Assembly (NCBI GenBank): GCA_040285825.1
Contig: JAUPSS010000004.1
Coordinates: 3,452,589-3,516,588 of the forward strand
Direction: 5' to 3'
DNA from: Eukaryota sp. TZLM1-RC
Lineage: Eukaryota; Protista; Metamonada: BaSk clade
Length of the DNA: 64,000 nt
Below, piece by piece: positions 22,202 to 33,654 of the stretch. Numbering within the stretch: the stretch's first letter is position 1; every line of letters begins with the position of its first letter. The notes under the pieces are model-generated. The model was not told the DNA's origin, made no database searches, and saw only the letters and a program-made list of their open reading frames with translations. Made by a program: the position numbers and the translations under genes.

Positions 22202-23398
22202 CTAATAATCATCGCCTCTGGTTAAAATTTCTTTATAACCATGACCAATATAAACTGTATGTTCAAATTGAGCAACATAGCTACCAACAACATCAGATAA
22301 TGGTGGATATTCATTCACAATCCCCTTATTAACAAGAGTCCTTAAAGCCAAAAGATAACTTTTTCCTTTAAGCGGTTTTAAAGCATCAACCCATCTCTTT
22401 GACCAAGCCAAAGTTCCAAAATTAGTCTTGATGCACCTCAAAAGAGCCCTTGCGTTGGCATTAAGTTCCTGGAAAGGAGCGTCAGGATTCAACATGTAAT
22501 GTGAACATTCTCCGTCGTCAACCACTCTTCCCTTTCCAGTAGAGGCAAAGGTTTCAAGAGCATAAAACTCCCCTTCCTTCATCCTGGTGGGTTCAGAACA
22601 CTTTACGATAGGGACGCTTCTGCCACCATGCACCCTGTAGTCATCAACGGAATGACCAGAGAGGTTCCTTATAGGCACACATTGCTTGATTTGACCATTG
22701 ATTTCAACTTCATAACTTTCAATTGCTTCTTGTACAGCAGCACCAATTTCAGAGAACCTAGCATCCACTCCTGCCTCACGGAGAGCGGCTTCTGTACCAG
22801 CCTTGGCAGCATCCAAGAGAGGATTGAATTTAGGATCAAAACAAATCGTATGAGCACTATCAATTACATTTCCATTTGAATGCAGTCCAAAGTCGACCTT
22901 TACCACGTCTTCCTTCTTGATAACCCGGACATCACCCTTATTAGGAGTCCAATGAGCAGCACAATTGTTGACAGATACTCCACAAGGGAAGGAAAGGCCT
23001 GCTTCAAGACCGTTGGCTTCGATCAATCTTTTGTTACACTGATCAATTAGATCAACTAGATCGGAGTAGAGCATTCCAGGACGTATGACTGATTGAGCAA
23101 ATCGACGGGTTTGACGGTGCACTTCAGCACCCTTGCGGAAGTGTTGTAGCTTTTCTTCAGGTGTGGAAGAGAGCAGTTTAGAGGCGGTATCTTGTGGAGA
23201 GGTTGTGGTTGTGGATACGATTTCACCTTGTCTTAATTTGTTCTTAAACTGTTGAGAGACAGGCGTTTGAGGACCAAGAGGGTAATTGGATAAATCGAAC
23301 TGATTTTCAACAGGAGTTGTCCAGTGTTCTGGCTCGAGCTGTGTTCTGGAGCCAAGATAAATAGGAATTTTAGGGAGAGATAGGTAGGAAGATGACAT
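22202..23398 (-). CDS. METAP2: Methionine aminopeptidase 2
   Basis: AEVHRQ.R, FPCGVS.N.CAAHWTPN, KVDFG, DSA.T, NL.GH, ALETF, YPPL.D, AQFEHT, RGDDY. Confidence 0.97.
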   Translation of the reverse strand: MSSSYLSLPKIPIYLGSRTQLEPEHWTTPVENQFDLSNYPLGPQTPVSQQFKNKLRQGEIVSTTTTSPQDTASKLLSSTPEEKLQHFRKGAEVHRQTRRFAQSVIRPGMLYSDLVDLIDQCNKRLIEANGLEAGLSFPCGVSVNNCAAHWTPNKGDVRVIKKEDVVKVDFGLHSNGNVIDSAHTICFDPKFNPLLDAAKAGTEAALREAGVDARFSEIGAAVQEAIESYEVEINGQIKQCVPIRNLSGHSVDDYRVHGGRSVPIVKCSEPTRMKEGEFYALETFASTGKGRVVDDGECSHYMLNPDAPFQELNANARALLRCIKTNFGTLAWSKRWVDALKPLKGKSYLLALRTLVNKGIVNEYPPLSDVVGSYVAQFEHTVYIGHGYKEILTRGDDY

Positions 23399-23801
23399 TA
23401 GCCAATTGATTAATAAATCAAGTTTTCCACGCTTGTTTTTTTCTTATTTTTTTATTTTGAAACGCAAACCAAATAATCACTAACACAATCTCAATGATAT
23501 TCACTGTTCCACACTTGTTTGGTAGTCCAAATCGGAGTTATGTTTAGTATTTCAGCACAGTGCAACTTCCTATGACATGATTAGCCTCAACAAAAAGCAT
23601 TTGATCACAATTTTTTGGTGCAGTATCCATGGCGCTTTTTTGAATTACTTGCCAGAATTGTTACCTTATTTTCAAACAACGTATTGCACATATTCTGATT
23701 TGCATTTTGCTGATTCTGTTTGAAAATCATCAAGCGGTGTTGAGCATGGAGATCCTTCAGTACCTCTTCTGTTTTGTCTGGCCATTCATCCAATTTGATT
23801 A

Positions 23802-26800
23802 CAAATTCAAGCAATGATTCGTTCCTTAAAAATGATTGCTTATATGGATGATGTTGTTCTTTTGCATGACTTAACGATTGTCAGAGAAGCAACTTTATGT
23901 TTTAGAGAATAATTCAACAAAATTGGCCTCTGGAATTTACAAAATTGGCAATTACTGAAATGTGTTTCACTTTCGAATTCTCCAGTTTCTACAATAGTTG
24001 ATGGTCTTGAAATTCAAGCAAAATTATACTCAATTGATGCTATTCGTCATTTGGATTCGTGTTTAGGAAATAATGATGAAATTACCAAAGAATTGTTTGA
24101 AAAGTTGAACTAAATTGGGGACAAAATTGACCGAATGATGATTTTAGATATACAAAAACACATCAAATTTACCATTATAAGACTGTGTTTTAGTTCCAAC
24201 TTTAATCATATATTTCGATCTACAAATCCTCTCGTCATTAGGCCCTTGGCCCAGAAGTTTAAAGAAATACGTGCGAAAATTTTTTCCCAATTCATGGGAT
24301 GTAAAATGTTCCAAATTCGAGATCATGCTCATCTTAGTCCACATTATGGCGGTTTAGGTTGGACAAAGGCTTCTATTCTTACTTCATGTGCTTTTATTGG
24401 TGGATACAGGAATGTAATATTTGAGTTTTCGGAAAGATTTGCCGATTGAGAAGATTTATTAAAACAGAAAGTTCTACTATTTTTAATGAATTAATTTATT
24501 GAATTTGCACACTTGATTAAATTAAATCATAACTAATGGGACGACTATCATTAAACCAAGATTTCCTCTACAAAATCTTGATTTGCTTGCTGTCTAGCTA
24601 AAGCTTCTCTAATTCGATTGAAAAACCGCGGTAATCTATTAATAATGGCAAATTGAATCCGTGAACGCCATAAAAAAATATCAAATCTTTTCATTGTTTT
24701 TTTCTTTCACCATTTTTTTGGAAGTCATCCAAAAAAGTTTCTGCTTCAACTGATAATCTTCCATTTATCGAAAATGGAAAAGCAATAAAAACCAGCTGTG
24801 TATTTCTATCGATATTTGCATCTTCAATTTCTTTATCATATTTTCTATGTTTTTCTTTTGCTTTAAAATCCAGAGCAGCCACAGGATTAAGTTTTCTTCT
24901 GTGAACCAAAGTATCGTTTGCAACATTACATGAGACAAAGTCAACAATAGCTTCAGAATTATCAATCCAATCACAGTATACATCACCTCTATCATCAGAA
25001 CCAAAATTATTCAGAGAAAGTGTTTCTTTCAGCAGGGGCTCTTTGATACACGATATCCTTGCAGTTTGTGCCATATTGAAAACAGTGTCTCTAACAGCAT
25101 CATGTAATGAAGAACGATAAGTTATCAATTTAGAGCAATTTAGAGCATGTCGCAAAGTGAGTTGAGGTGAATTCGAACAAATACATTTTTCTTTTGATAA
25201 TAATTGGTTAATGGGGATGTTCAAATATAATCTCATTTTTGTTACAAATGCTTCATTAGTAGCACACAATCCAAATCTTCGTGGTACAATGGTTACAAAA
25301 AGTGAAGAATCTGACACCTTGTTTTCACAAACACCCTTTTCCAATAACAATGAGTGAAGATCTTGATTTAAAACAGCCGAGCTGCAAATATTATTATAAA
25401 GATCTTTTCATACATTCCAGTCAATCTTTTCTGTAATGTTCGAAGAGTGTACTTCAAATTTAAAACATTTTTTTCTGGAATATTGCCATTGAATGATTGG
25501 GGAAAACATCGACCCCATTTTTCTACATCAATTCTTGAAATTTCTTCATTTAATGCAAAAACAGTGGAACTTTGCGTTGTCATCAATAAATCTTCCCAAT
25601 CTGCAAATCTTTCGGAGAACTCAAAGATTGCATTTCTGCATCCACCAACAAAAGCACACGAGGTAAGAATAGAAGCCTTCGTCCACCCTAAACCACCATA
25701 TTGTGGACTAAGGTAAGCATGATCTGGAATTTGAAACATTTTACATCCCAGTAATTGAGACAGAACTTTTGCACGTAACTCATTAAACTTTTTGAGCCAA
25801 AGGTCTAGTGACGAGAGGATTTGTAGATCGAAATATATGATTAAAATTGGAACTAAAACACAGTCTTATAATGGTAAATTTGATGTGTTTTTTTATATCT
25901 AAATTCATCATTCGGTCAATTTTGTCAGAAATTGAGTTCAACTTTTCAAACAATTTTTTGGTAATTTCATCATTATTTCCTAAAAACGAACCCAAATGAC
26001 GAATAGCATCAATTGAATATAATTTGGCTTGAATTTCAATATCATCAATTATTGTGGAAACTGGAGAATTCGATAACAAAACACATTTAAGTAAATTAAG
26101 TCGGAGACCAATTTTGGTAAATAATTCTTTAAAACATACAGTTGCTTTTTTTCACAATATTTAATTCACCAATAAGCACAACATCATCCATATATGCAAT
26201 CATTTTTAGTGAAGGAAACATCTCTTGAATTTGCAGTAGAATAGGATGAATGGCCAAACAAAACAAAAGAGGTCCTAACGGATCTCCTTGCTTTTACGCC
26301 ACTTGATGAAATCAAAATGTTGTTACCAAAATGTAAATTAGAATATGTGCAATATGTTGATTGAAAATATGGTATTAATTCTGGCATATATTGCAATAGA
26401 GCACCATGGATACTGCGACGACTTAGCGAATTGAAAGCATTACTAAAATCCAATGACATGCAAACATTGGATTCATTTTGACGAAATAAGACATCAGTAG
26501 CAAAAATCGCTGAAGAGACTCCATCTGTAGTATTTATACCATATTGAAAGGGTAATAAAATCTTTTTAGCTTTTTCATTGAACCTGCTTAAGCAACACGC
26601 AGAAAAAATATTATGTAAGCTCTCAGAGACTGCAATAGGACGAACATCCATTTTTGAATTTTTGACAAGTGCAGTCAAACGAGAACTTCTTAATTCTTCT
26701 GGGTACTTGCGTCTACTATTTTTGCATTAAATGAAGAAATTTCAAAAATTGATGTAGAACAGTGGAGTCGATGCTTTCCCCAAATCATTCAATGGCAATA

Positions 26801-27790
26801 TTCCAGAAAAAATGTTTTAAATTTGAAGTACACTCTTCGAACATTACAGAAACGATCGACTAGAATGTATGAAAATAATCTTCATAATAATATATGCAGC
26901 TCGGCTGTTTTAAATCAAGATCTTCACTCATTGTTATTGGAAAAGGGTGTTTGCGAAAACAAGTCATCAGATTCTTCACTTGTTGTAACCATTGTACCAA
27001 GAAGATTTGGATTGTGTGCCACTGATGAAGCATTTGTAACAAAATTCAGATTATATTTGAATATCCCAATTAATCAATTATTATCAAAAGAAAAATGTAT
27101 TTGTTCGAATTCACCTCAACTCACTTTGCATCATGCTCTAAATTGCTCTGAATTGATAACTTATCGTTCTTCAATACATGATGCTGTTAGAGACACTGTT
27201 TTTTAGATTGCACGAACTGCATGAATATCGTGTATCAAAGAGCGTCTGCTGGAGGAAACATTGTTATTGAATAATTTTGGTTCTGATGATAGAGGTGATG
27301 TATATTGTGATCTGATTGATAACTCTGAAACTGTTGTTGACTTTGAATCCTGTAATGTTGCAAATGACTCTTTGGTTCAAAGAAGAAAATTTAATCTTGT
27401 AAATGCTCTTGAATTTAAATCCAAAGAAAAACATAGAAAATATGGCAAACATATTGAAGAAGCTAATGCTGATAAAAATAGACTACTTGTTAATGTGGCT
27501 TTCCCATTTTCGATAAACAGAAGACTTTCATAAGTAGCAGGAACTATATTGAACGATTTCCAAAAAATGGTTCAAGAAAAACAATGAAAAGATTTGATAT
27601 GTTTTATAACTCTCTCAAATTCAATTTGCCATAATTAATAGATTGCCTCGGTTTTTCAATCGAATTAGAGAAGCTTTAGCTAGACAGCAAGCAGATCATG
27701 ATTCTGCAGAGAAAATCTTGGTTCAATGAATTTCGTCCCGTTAGTTCTGAGTTTATGTTGTTAAGTGTGGAAGTTCAATTAATATATGTT
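23802..27790 (+). mobile_element. Older family B copy, split into 23802-24484 and 26712-27790 by a nested insertion
   Basis: YMDD region at ~23840 and HIKFTIIRLC. The sequence resumes after the TSD at 26712 (STIFALNEEISKID) and runs through to the family B 3' UTR. Confidence 0.9.
24485..26711 (-). mobile_element. Younger family B copy (5'-truncated, frameshifted) nested antisense in an older family B copy
   Basis: RPIAV.E, LDFSNAFNS, YMDD and RLE motifs. 12-bp TSD TCTACTATTTTT at 24473-24484 and 26712-26723. Confidence 0.92.
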
Positions 27791-28500
27791 TTTACAATAC
27801 ATAAAAACAACCTTATTCTGTGTACCTTCAACTTGCTCTCAAATCATTTCAATATTGGTGTGTCCAAAATAAAGATTGATTAAAATAAAAAGTTTTTGTA
27901 TATAGATTTATTCAAGTGTCGTTGAAAGTCTTATTAAAATTCAAGAGCTTCAAATGTGTTGAAACAAGGATGTTTCAGCCCATTACCAATCAGGCAAGTG
28001 TCAATCTGTTTAAGATATCCAAAACAACAACTGCAATAATTTCAGACAACCTTGAATTGATTATTTCATCAGGTGATTTCATCAATGGCTGGTTCTTTTG
28101 TTGTATTTATATTTTTTTTAAAGAATTCATTTGCTGTGGCATTTAAAATAAATAATTATTTTCAGAGAATTTACTTTCTTGATATCCATATAGGCCATGA
28201 AATAATTCAAGAAAAATAGAAATACAAAAAAAATACAGAAACAACAATTAATGTAAATAAAATTAAATAAATGAAAATAGTTGGAATGCTGCACAACAGA
28301 AATAAAATAAAAACAATCAAAAATATGTATAAAAAAACAAATAATGAATATTATATTTAAATATATTAATGACAAAAATAACAGAAAACAAAAGAAACAA
28401 ACATGTCAAATTCTAAACAATCAAAAAATAGCTTATTAGGAAAATTAAATAAAATTAAAGCTTGAGATAGTGTAGTAAAGTAATTTTAAATACTACTCAT

Positions 28501-29079
28501 CTAATCATCAATAATTCGACACTGCACAGTGAATTTTGTCTCGAAAAAATGAACAACCTCATTGATCCTTTCTGTGAGCTCTGCAGCATCTGCACCAAAA
28601 TTTAAGTTAAATACAGCAACTGGGCCTGTATGTGGGGAATCAAAAAGACAGTTCAAAATTATTTCAGAAAAAGAAAGAAAGTCTTCCTGATTCATGGAGT
28701 CATTGCTGGAGATGAGAATTGCTATGGGGCATTGTTGCAGCCGTGGCAAAAGATGATGGAATAAGTCCAACGACTTGGGGCTCTGTGAAAAGGAAATGAA
28801 AAAAACAGCTCCATGTGACTTGGACGAATAGTTTTCCCAAGTTTCTATGTAGGAAGGATCACCAGGAAGGTCCCAGAGACGTAGAGAGAGCTTAGAAGAG
28901 GAGAGAGGAAGAACGTGTATGTTGAGTCCATAAGACGGTGTTGTTTGCGATGGTGGTCTTGACGGATGTTTAAGCCGTTGTAAGAACAGTGACTTACCTG
29001 ATGAACGATGTCCTAATAAAATGACATTACATTGAACTGGTGCAAGGAGTCTAGAGAGCTGGTTAACAAGGGATATCAT
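28501..29079 (-). CDS. Divergent ARF/ARL-family small GTPase
   Basis: ILLGHRSSGKS P-loop, TPSYGLNI switch I, LWDLPG switch II, W..Y....G..F. No N-terminal Gly2 and no clear NKxD. Confidence 0.75.
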   Translation of the reverse strand: MISLVNQLSRLLAPVQCNVILLGHRSSGKSLFLQRLKHPSRPPSQTTPSYGLNIHVLPLSSSKLSLRLWDLPGDPSYIETWENYSSKSHGAVFFISFSQSPKSLDLFHHLLPRLQQCPIAILISSNDSMNQEDFLSFSEIILNCLFDSPHTGPVAVFNLNFGADAAELTERINEVVHFFETKFTVQCRIIDD

Positions 29080-29179
29080 GTAGTAGAATAGTCATAGATT
29101 GACACCACAAGGAATGAACAGCAAATATTGTGTAAAAACTTCATCTTCTGGCTATTTGGATAATCTTCTTTTAATTGAT

Positions 29180-29840
29180 CTTACACACTTAACAAAATAA
29201 ACTCATAACTAATGGGACGAAATTCATTGAATAATTGGATAATATTTGATAGATATTGTATGCATTACAAAATTTTCTGGAGAAAATGAAAATTGAACTT
29301 GATTCCATTTTTCTTCAGATTGATTTGCGACATTACATCTTCTGCTTTAATAACTACAATTTCTCAAATCTATGGTTGTCTATTAAATGACTCTGCCTGG
29401 ACTTTGACTATGAGACTTCGTTTCTTCATCGATAATTTAGCTTATAATTTAATTTGTAAATGTAGTCGAAAAATTCCTATTACTCATTTATTAAATTGCA
29501 AACGTTTTATTATTTCTCGAAGCAAGGTTCATGACGGTAAAGGAGATTAAGTATATTGTATGTGCAAGTCTGATAGAATTGAATCTTTTATGGTTCCTCC
29601 ATTCCCAAATCTGCTTGGTCCTGAAGACAACAATCCTGATTCACAACAATAATAGAGGTGATGTTGTTTTACCTGAATTAGGTAGGAACTTTTTATATGA
29701 TATGATTTCTGTTGATCCTTGTAATGTCTCAAATGAAAGAGGATCCAATTCTGAAATTCGAAATCCTCTTTCTAATTCTGAAAATTTCAAAACCAAAAAA
29801 TATTGAACCTTTATCCAAATTGTGCATCCAACAACATAGT
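29180..29840. mobile_element. Solo family B 3' end (29180-29230, minus) plus degenerate family A-like RLE fragment (29295-29840, plus)
   Basis: cataactaatgggacga family B tail; LICKCSRK..ITHLLNCK, NNRGDV, SVDPCN family A motifs with frameshifts. Confidence 0.8.
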
Positions 29841-30363
29841 TATAAATCTATGCATTAGTACCATTAGAAACAATTATCACAAAGATCCAAGGTTTACTGG
29901 CATGTTCTTGAACTTCACTTTTCTAACAAATTTGCTGATGTTTTTTGAATACCTCTGGTGATTCAAAAGGACATTTATATTGTTCAAAAGTAGGTTTAAG
30001 ATCTTCAGTATTCATTAGGTCAGTTAAAATGCATAAACCACAGAATTAATCCCTGATATGAAAAGAATCACGTTTAAAATAGTTGAAGAGCGATAAGAAC
30101 TAACAAAGAAGATTAAAAGCAATTCATTGTGATGAGATTCTAAATAGAATGCTTATTGTGTTTATTTAAAACAAGGCAAAATAGGAATTGATGGTCAATT
30201 TGCTGCATCCATTTTGTACTAAATTTCAGTTTTTTTATATAACACTATCGATTTCATTGAATTGCATGACTAATTTTCTGGAAGAATTTCGCTTTACTTT
30301 TCAAGAATTAAAAATTTTAATTTAAAACGTTTTTAATTCTATATAAATGTATATGTTATAAAC

Positions 30364-31551
30364 ATGCTTCATCTCCCCAATTCCCTTGCTCAACGAGTCC
30401 TTTCTTTTTGTTCTGTCAAGGTCCTATTGAAATGTAGACCAGTCTCTTCTTCATTTACCAATATCTCCAACTCCATTTTGGGATCTTTATCAATCATAGA
30501 CGAACTCCAGGAGGGCTTAGCCATCTCTAAACTAGTTCATTTCTGTCCATATTTTACAGACCTCACTAGAATCGCTATTGTTTTTACTTCTACTTCAATC
30601 GATCTCACCCATCTCTTATCACACTTTACATGTGTTTCTACCATCATTATCTATCGGAACGACCCAAACATCAACGTATCATCCCCTTGTCCCATCACTA
30701 TCCATTTACGCACACTTTCCCATCCCTCTCTCATTATTCCTTACCCTCTTTCTTTTATTACTGACTCATCTCCTTTTGTCACCTTTGCTGAATTACTGGT
30801 AAACATTCATCTTGATTCTATGTTATTGTCGAACATTTGCCCAAATCATTTGGTGAAAGTTGTTTATCTTGATGTTTCTGGTTCGATGTGCGGTCCGTCA
30901 GTAGAAGCTTTCGAGATTGTTAAGCGTAAGTTTTTTAAATTGAATGTTGTTTATTTATCAGATCCAATTTATTTAGAAACTAATATTTCAACTCAAGTAG
31001 CGTTATTAAATGATTTTTCTTTTAATGGGATTTTAAATTCCAATGATTTTAGTACTGAAATTGTTCAACATGCTACCCATCAGAGCCTTTCCCAAATTGA
31101 TTGTGTTCAGTCAAGGTTTATTAAATCATTATTACTCTATGACGTTGATTTTGCCAAAGTGGAATTCAATGTACCAAAATTGAGGTTTTTGCATGTGGAA
31201 TCTACTGCTCAAGATTCATCAATAATTAGATTTAATAAGAATTACTCAGTTACATGTAATGTTTTTCCACAATTAACTTATCTTTCTGTTAAAGGAAATC
31301 CTAATATTTTTTCGTTAATTCCAATAATTTGCCCGAATTTGAGGTTTTTGAGTTTCATTAGTACTGATGAAACCCTAATACTTGAATCAATTGAATTTTC
31401 CCTTGCTTTTTTGAAAAAATTACAAAAATTCTTTTTATTTCTACAAGAAATACCCAGTGAAGTCTCAATTAATGATTTAACCGAGGTTTTGAATTACGTA
31501 AAAGATCATCATTCCACTTTGGATACAATCACAATTGAGCTTCTGGATTAA
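30364..31551 (+). CDS. F-box/LRR-like hypothetical protein
   Basis: N-terminal LHLP.SL..RVLSF.....L..CR.VS F-box-like pattern, and C-terminal CP.L..L / FP.L..L LRR-like repeats. Confidence 0.6.
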   Translation: MLHLPNSLAQRVLSFCSVKVLLKCRPVSSSFTNISNSILGSLSIIDELQEGLAISKLVHFCPYFTDLTRIAIVFTSTSIDLTHLLSHFTCVSTIIIYRNDPNINVSSPCPITIHLRTLSHPSLIIPYPLSFITDSSPFVTFAELLVNIHLDSMLLSNICPNHLVKVVYLDVSGSMCGPSVEAFEIVKRKFFKLNVVYLSDPIYLETNISTQVALLNDFSFNGILNSNDFSTEIVQHATHQSLSQIDCVQSRFIKSLLLYDVDFAKVEFNVPKLRFLHVESTAQDSSIIRFNKNYSVTCNVFPQLTYLSVKGNPNIFSLIPIICPNLRFLSFISTDETLILESIEFSLAFLKKLQKFFLFLQEIPSEVSINDLTEVLNYVKDHHSTLDTITIELLD

Positions 31552-31593
31552 ATAAACCCTCTTTAATTTTTTTAATAATTAATTTGAATTTGA

Positions 31594-32796
31594 TTATTCC
31601 GAACAAAATAATATAGCTTTTGGATAAAGACCCAATTCTTTTAAGGTAAGATTTGGTTGATCAAAGACCTGCTTAGGAATAGGCCTGAATAACTTAAACT
31701 TGGGTGATTTAGACGGCAAAAATTGAGTAATTAAATCAATAACAACTTGAATAGTATCAAAACTCACCATTTTGAGCTTCAGAAAACCATCAATCAATTT
31801 TGATTGGTCAAGAAATGTCCATGATGAACTAAACTTTATGTTTACATCAACAAAATCAGACACTGCTGTTTTGCTATTTTCGGAACATAAATTATAAAAA
31901 ACATTTTCTGGATGTGGTTTTTGTCCATGCTTATCTGAAATTGCTGATTTAACTTCAATAATTTTTCCATCTTTGATCACCTGATTAGGCAAGTTGTTGA
32001 CCAAACGTTCAAGTGTTAAAGGTTTTTGACTCCCAGGTCCATTGACTTCCGTTGACTGTTTCTCTGCCCAAGATTTGTAGGTTTTATCAGTACAATCAAT
32101 CAAATCAATCAAAACCCCATTCGGAAAGTCAGTTTTTAACTCTGAAGGAAAGTAAGATTCTAAAAGATCAAATAACACGTCATCAGCACCAGGACTTCCA
32201 AAGACTCGTAATAAACCCCCTCTGAGGGTTAATCCATCCTCAAAGACCATTAATTGAATCGCATCCGGAGACTTTAATTGACTGATTCTCCCTTTTTGAG
32301 CTACTTCTAACGCTGATGATACCTTTTCATTGAGCTTTTCTATAGCAGCACCTAGCTTAGCCATATTGAGACTTGCTGCTGTCATGACAGGAGCTGATGA
32401 TCCAACCCAACGAAGGTCGTAGTCCTTGAAGAATTGTTCCATTTCTTGCACTCTCTTGGCTAGCCTTCTTGCCTCGGATTTATGGTGACAATCAGGGGGG
32501 CAAGAAGTTTCAATGAGGTCTGACTTTGAGTGTAGTAGTTCATCTTGAAGCCGACTATTCTCTGTTGTTAGGGTTTTGATTTTGGATTGTGCTTCAGAAA
32601 GCTGATGTTCTGCGGCCTTGAGTCGGGTGGCCATTGAAGTGAGAAGTGAGGCATCAGAGTTACTAGAAGATTGTGGTTTCCTCTTTCGGGCTGAAGAAGG
32701 TACTCTTGATGACAGATGATTGATGAGAGTTCGATCATCTTCATCTGATTTGCCAAAGAAGGGAAATGGTTTGCTCTGTTTGTAGAGAGGATGCAT
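31594..32796 (-). CDS. UBXN11: UBX domain protein 11-like (coiled coil + SEP + UBX)
   Basis: EMEQFFKDYDLRWVG, L.VFEDG, DLLESYFPSELK.DFP.GV, L..LP..VIKDGKII, C-terminal P......TL.ELGL.P. First ATG at 32796. Confidence 0.8.
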   Translation of the reverse strand: MHPLYKQSKPFPFFGKSDEDDRTLINHLSSRVPSSARKRKPQSSSNSDASLLTSMATRLKAAEHQLSEAQSKIKTLTTENSRLQDELLHSKSDLIETSCPPDCHHKSEARRLAKRVQEMEQFFKDYDLRWVGSSAPVMTAASLNMAKLGAAIEKLNEKVSSALEVAQKGRISQLKSPDAIQLMVFEDGLTLRGGLLRVFGSPGADDVLFDLLESYFPSELKTDFPNGVLIDLIDCTDKTYKSWAEKQSTEVNGPGSQKPLTLERLVNNLPNQVIKDGKIIEVKSAISDKHGQKPHPENVFYNLCSENSKTAVSDFVDVNIKFSSSWTFLDQSKLIDGFLKLKMVSFDTIQVVIDLITQFLPSKSPKFKLFRPIPKQVFDQPNLTLKELGLYPKAILFCSE

Positions 32797-33654
32797 TGAT
32801 GGGAATATGTATAACCCTGAACCCTTAGATGAGTTTCTTCCAAATAAAATCAAAAGAACGTCCACTAGTCTGCAAAGCTTCTCCTAGATCATTCGAGAAA
32901 GTCAGACCTTCCTTTCCTAAAGTGCTACAAATGTGAATGTCAATTGGAACAAATTGACTATTTTTGGTTCGTTCACTAAACAATTGCTTTGACCACTCAC
33001 CCATTTCAAAGGAATAATCATTTTCAGGATTCTTCCAAGAGCGATACTGTTGTACAATCAAATATTTATTATTATTAATATTTTTTTCTCCATCAGACCA
33101 AGCATAGTGAATGTCACCTCAGCTTTGACAATGGGTCAATTTTTATATATCGAACATGTTGATAAACACATTTGAGTAGATCAAAAATGCAATCAAGAAC
33201 AATCACGAACAGCGTTGTGATTGATTGATTTCTTTTGTGTGAATTTTCGGCAAGAAAAGTCAGTAAATTCCTATTCTCAGATTTTGTATTTGACAAACAT
33301 TGTGGAGGAGGAACATTTATTCTAATTCGCGTAATTGTTGAAAAAACTGGTCGTCTGATAACACAAGAGCAAAATGAAGAAGAACCTACCGTTTTCATTG
33401 GCTTGAGAAAAGGTGTTCAATAAGCCTGACCTAATTTGCCACCCGTTCAACTCATCATCAGTTCAATGCATCAAATAAATAAATTAAATAAATTACAACT
33501 TTTGCTGCTAGGATTCAAACGGGCTATTGAGGTAGATTCGAAGGGTTAATGTTTTGGTTGTTTATATAGTGTTGGCAAATTGATTGAGGGGCAAAACAAG
33601 TTTACAAACCTTCTATTCATCCAAAGCTCGCATTCTCATTCTGTAACTTACACT

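Noticed and set aside
24440-24452. TGA at a position that is TGG (Trp) in sister copies, as evidence for UGA=Trp
   Set aside because: A single G>A change in an already frameshifted dead copy; no support from intact genes.
28150-28490. A-rich tract and its hydrophobic antisense ORF
   Set aside because: Low-complexity intergenic DNA; the ORF is a compositional artefact.
32825-33398. Two adjacent minus-strand ORFs as one spliced gene
   Set aside because: The candidate GT-AG intron (33047-33117) does not join the two frames and no motif is recognisable; left unannotated.
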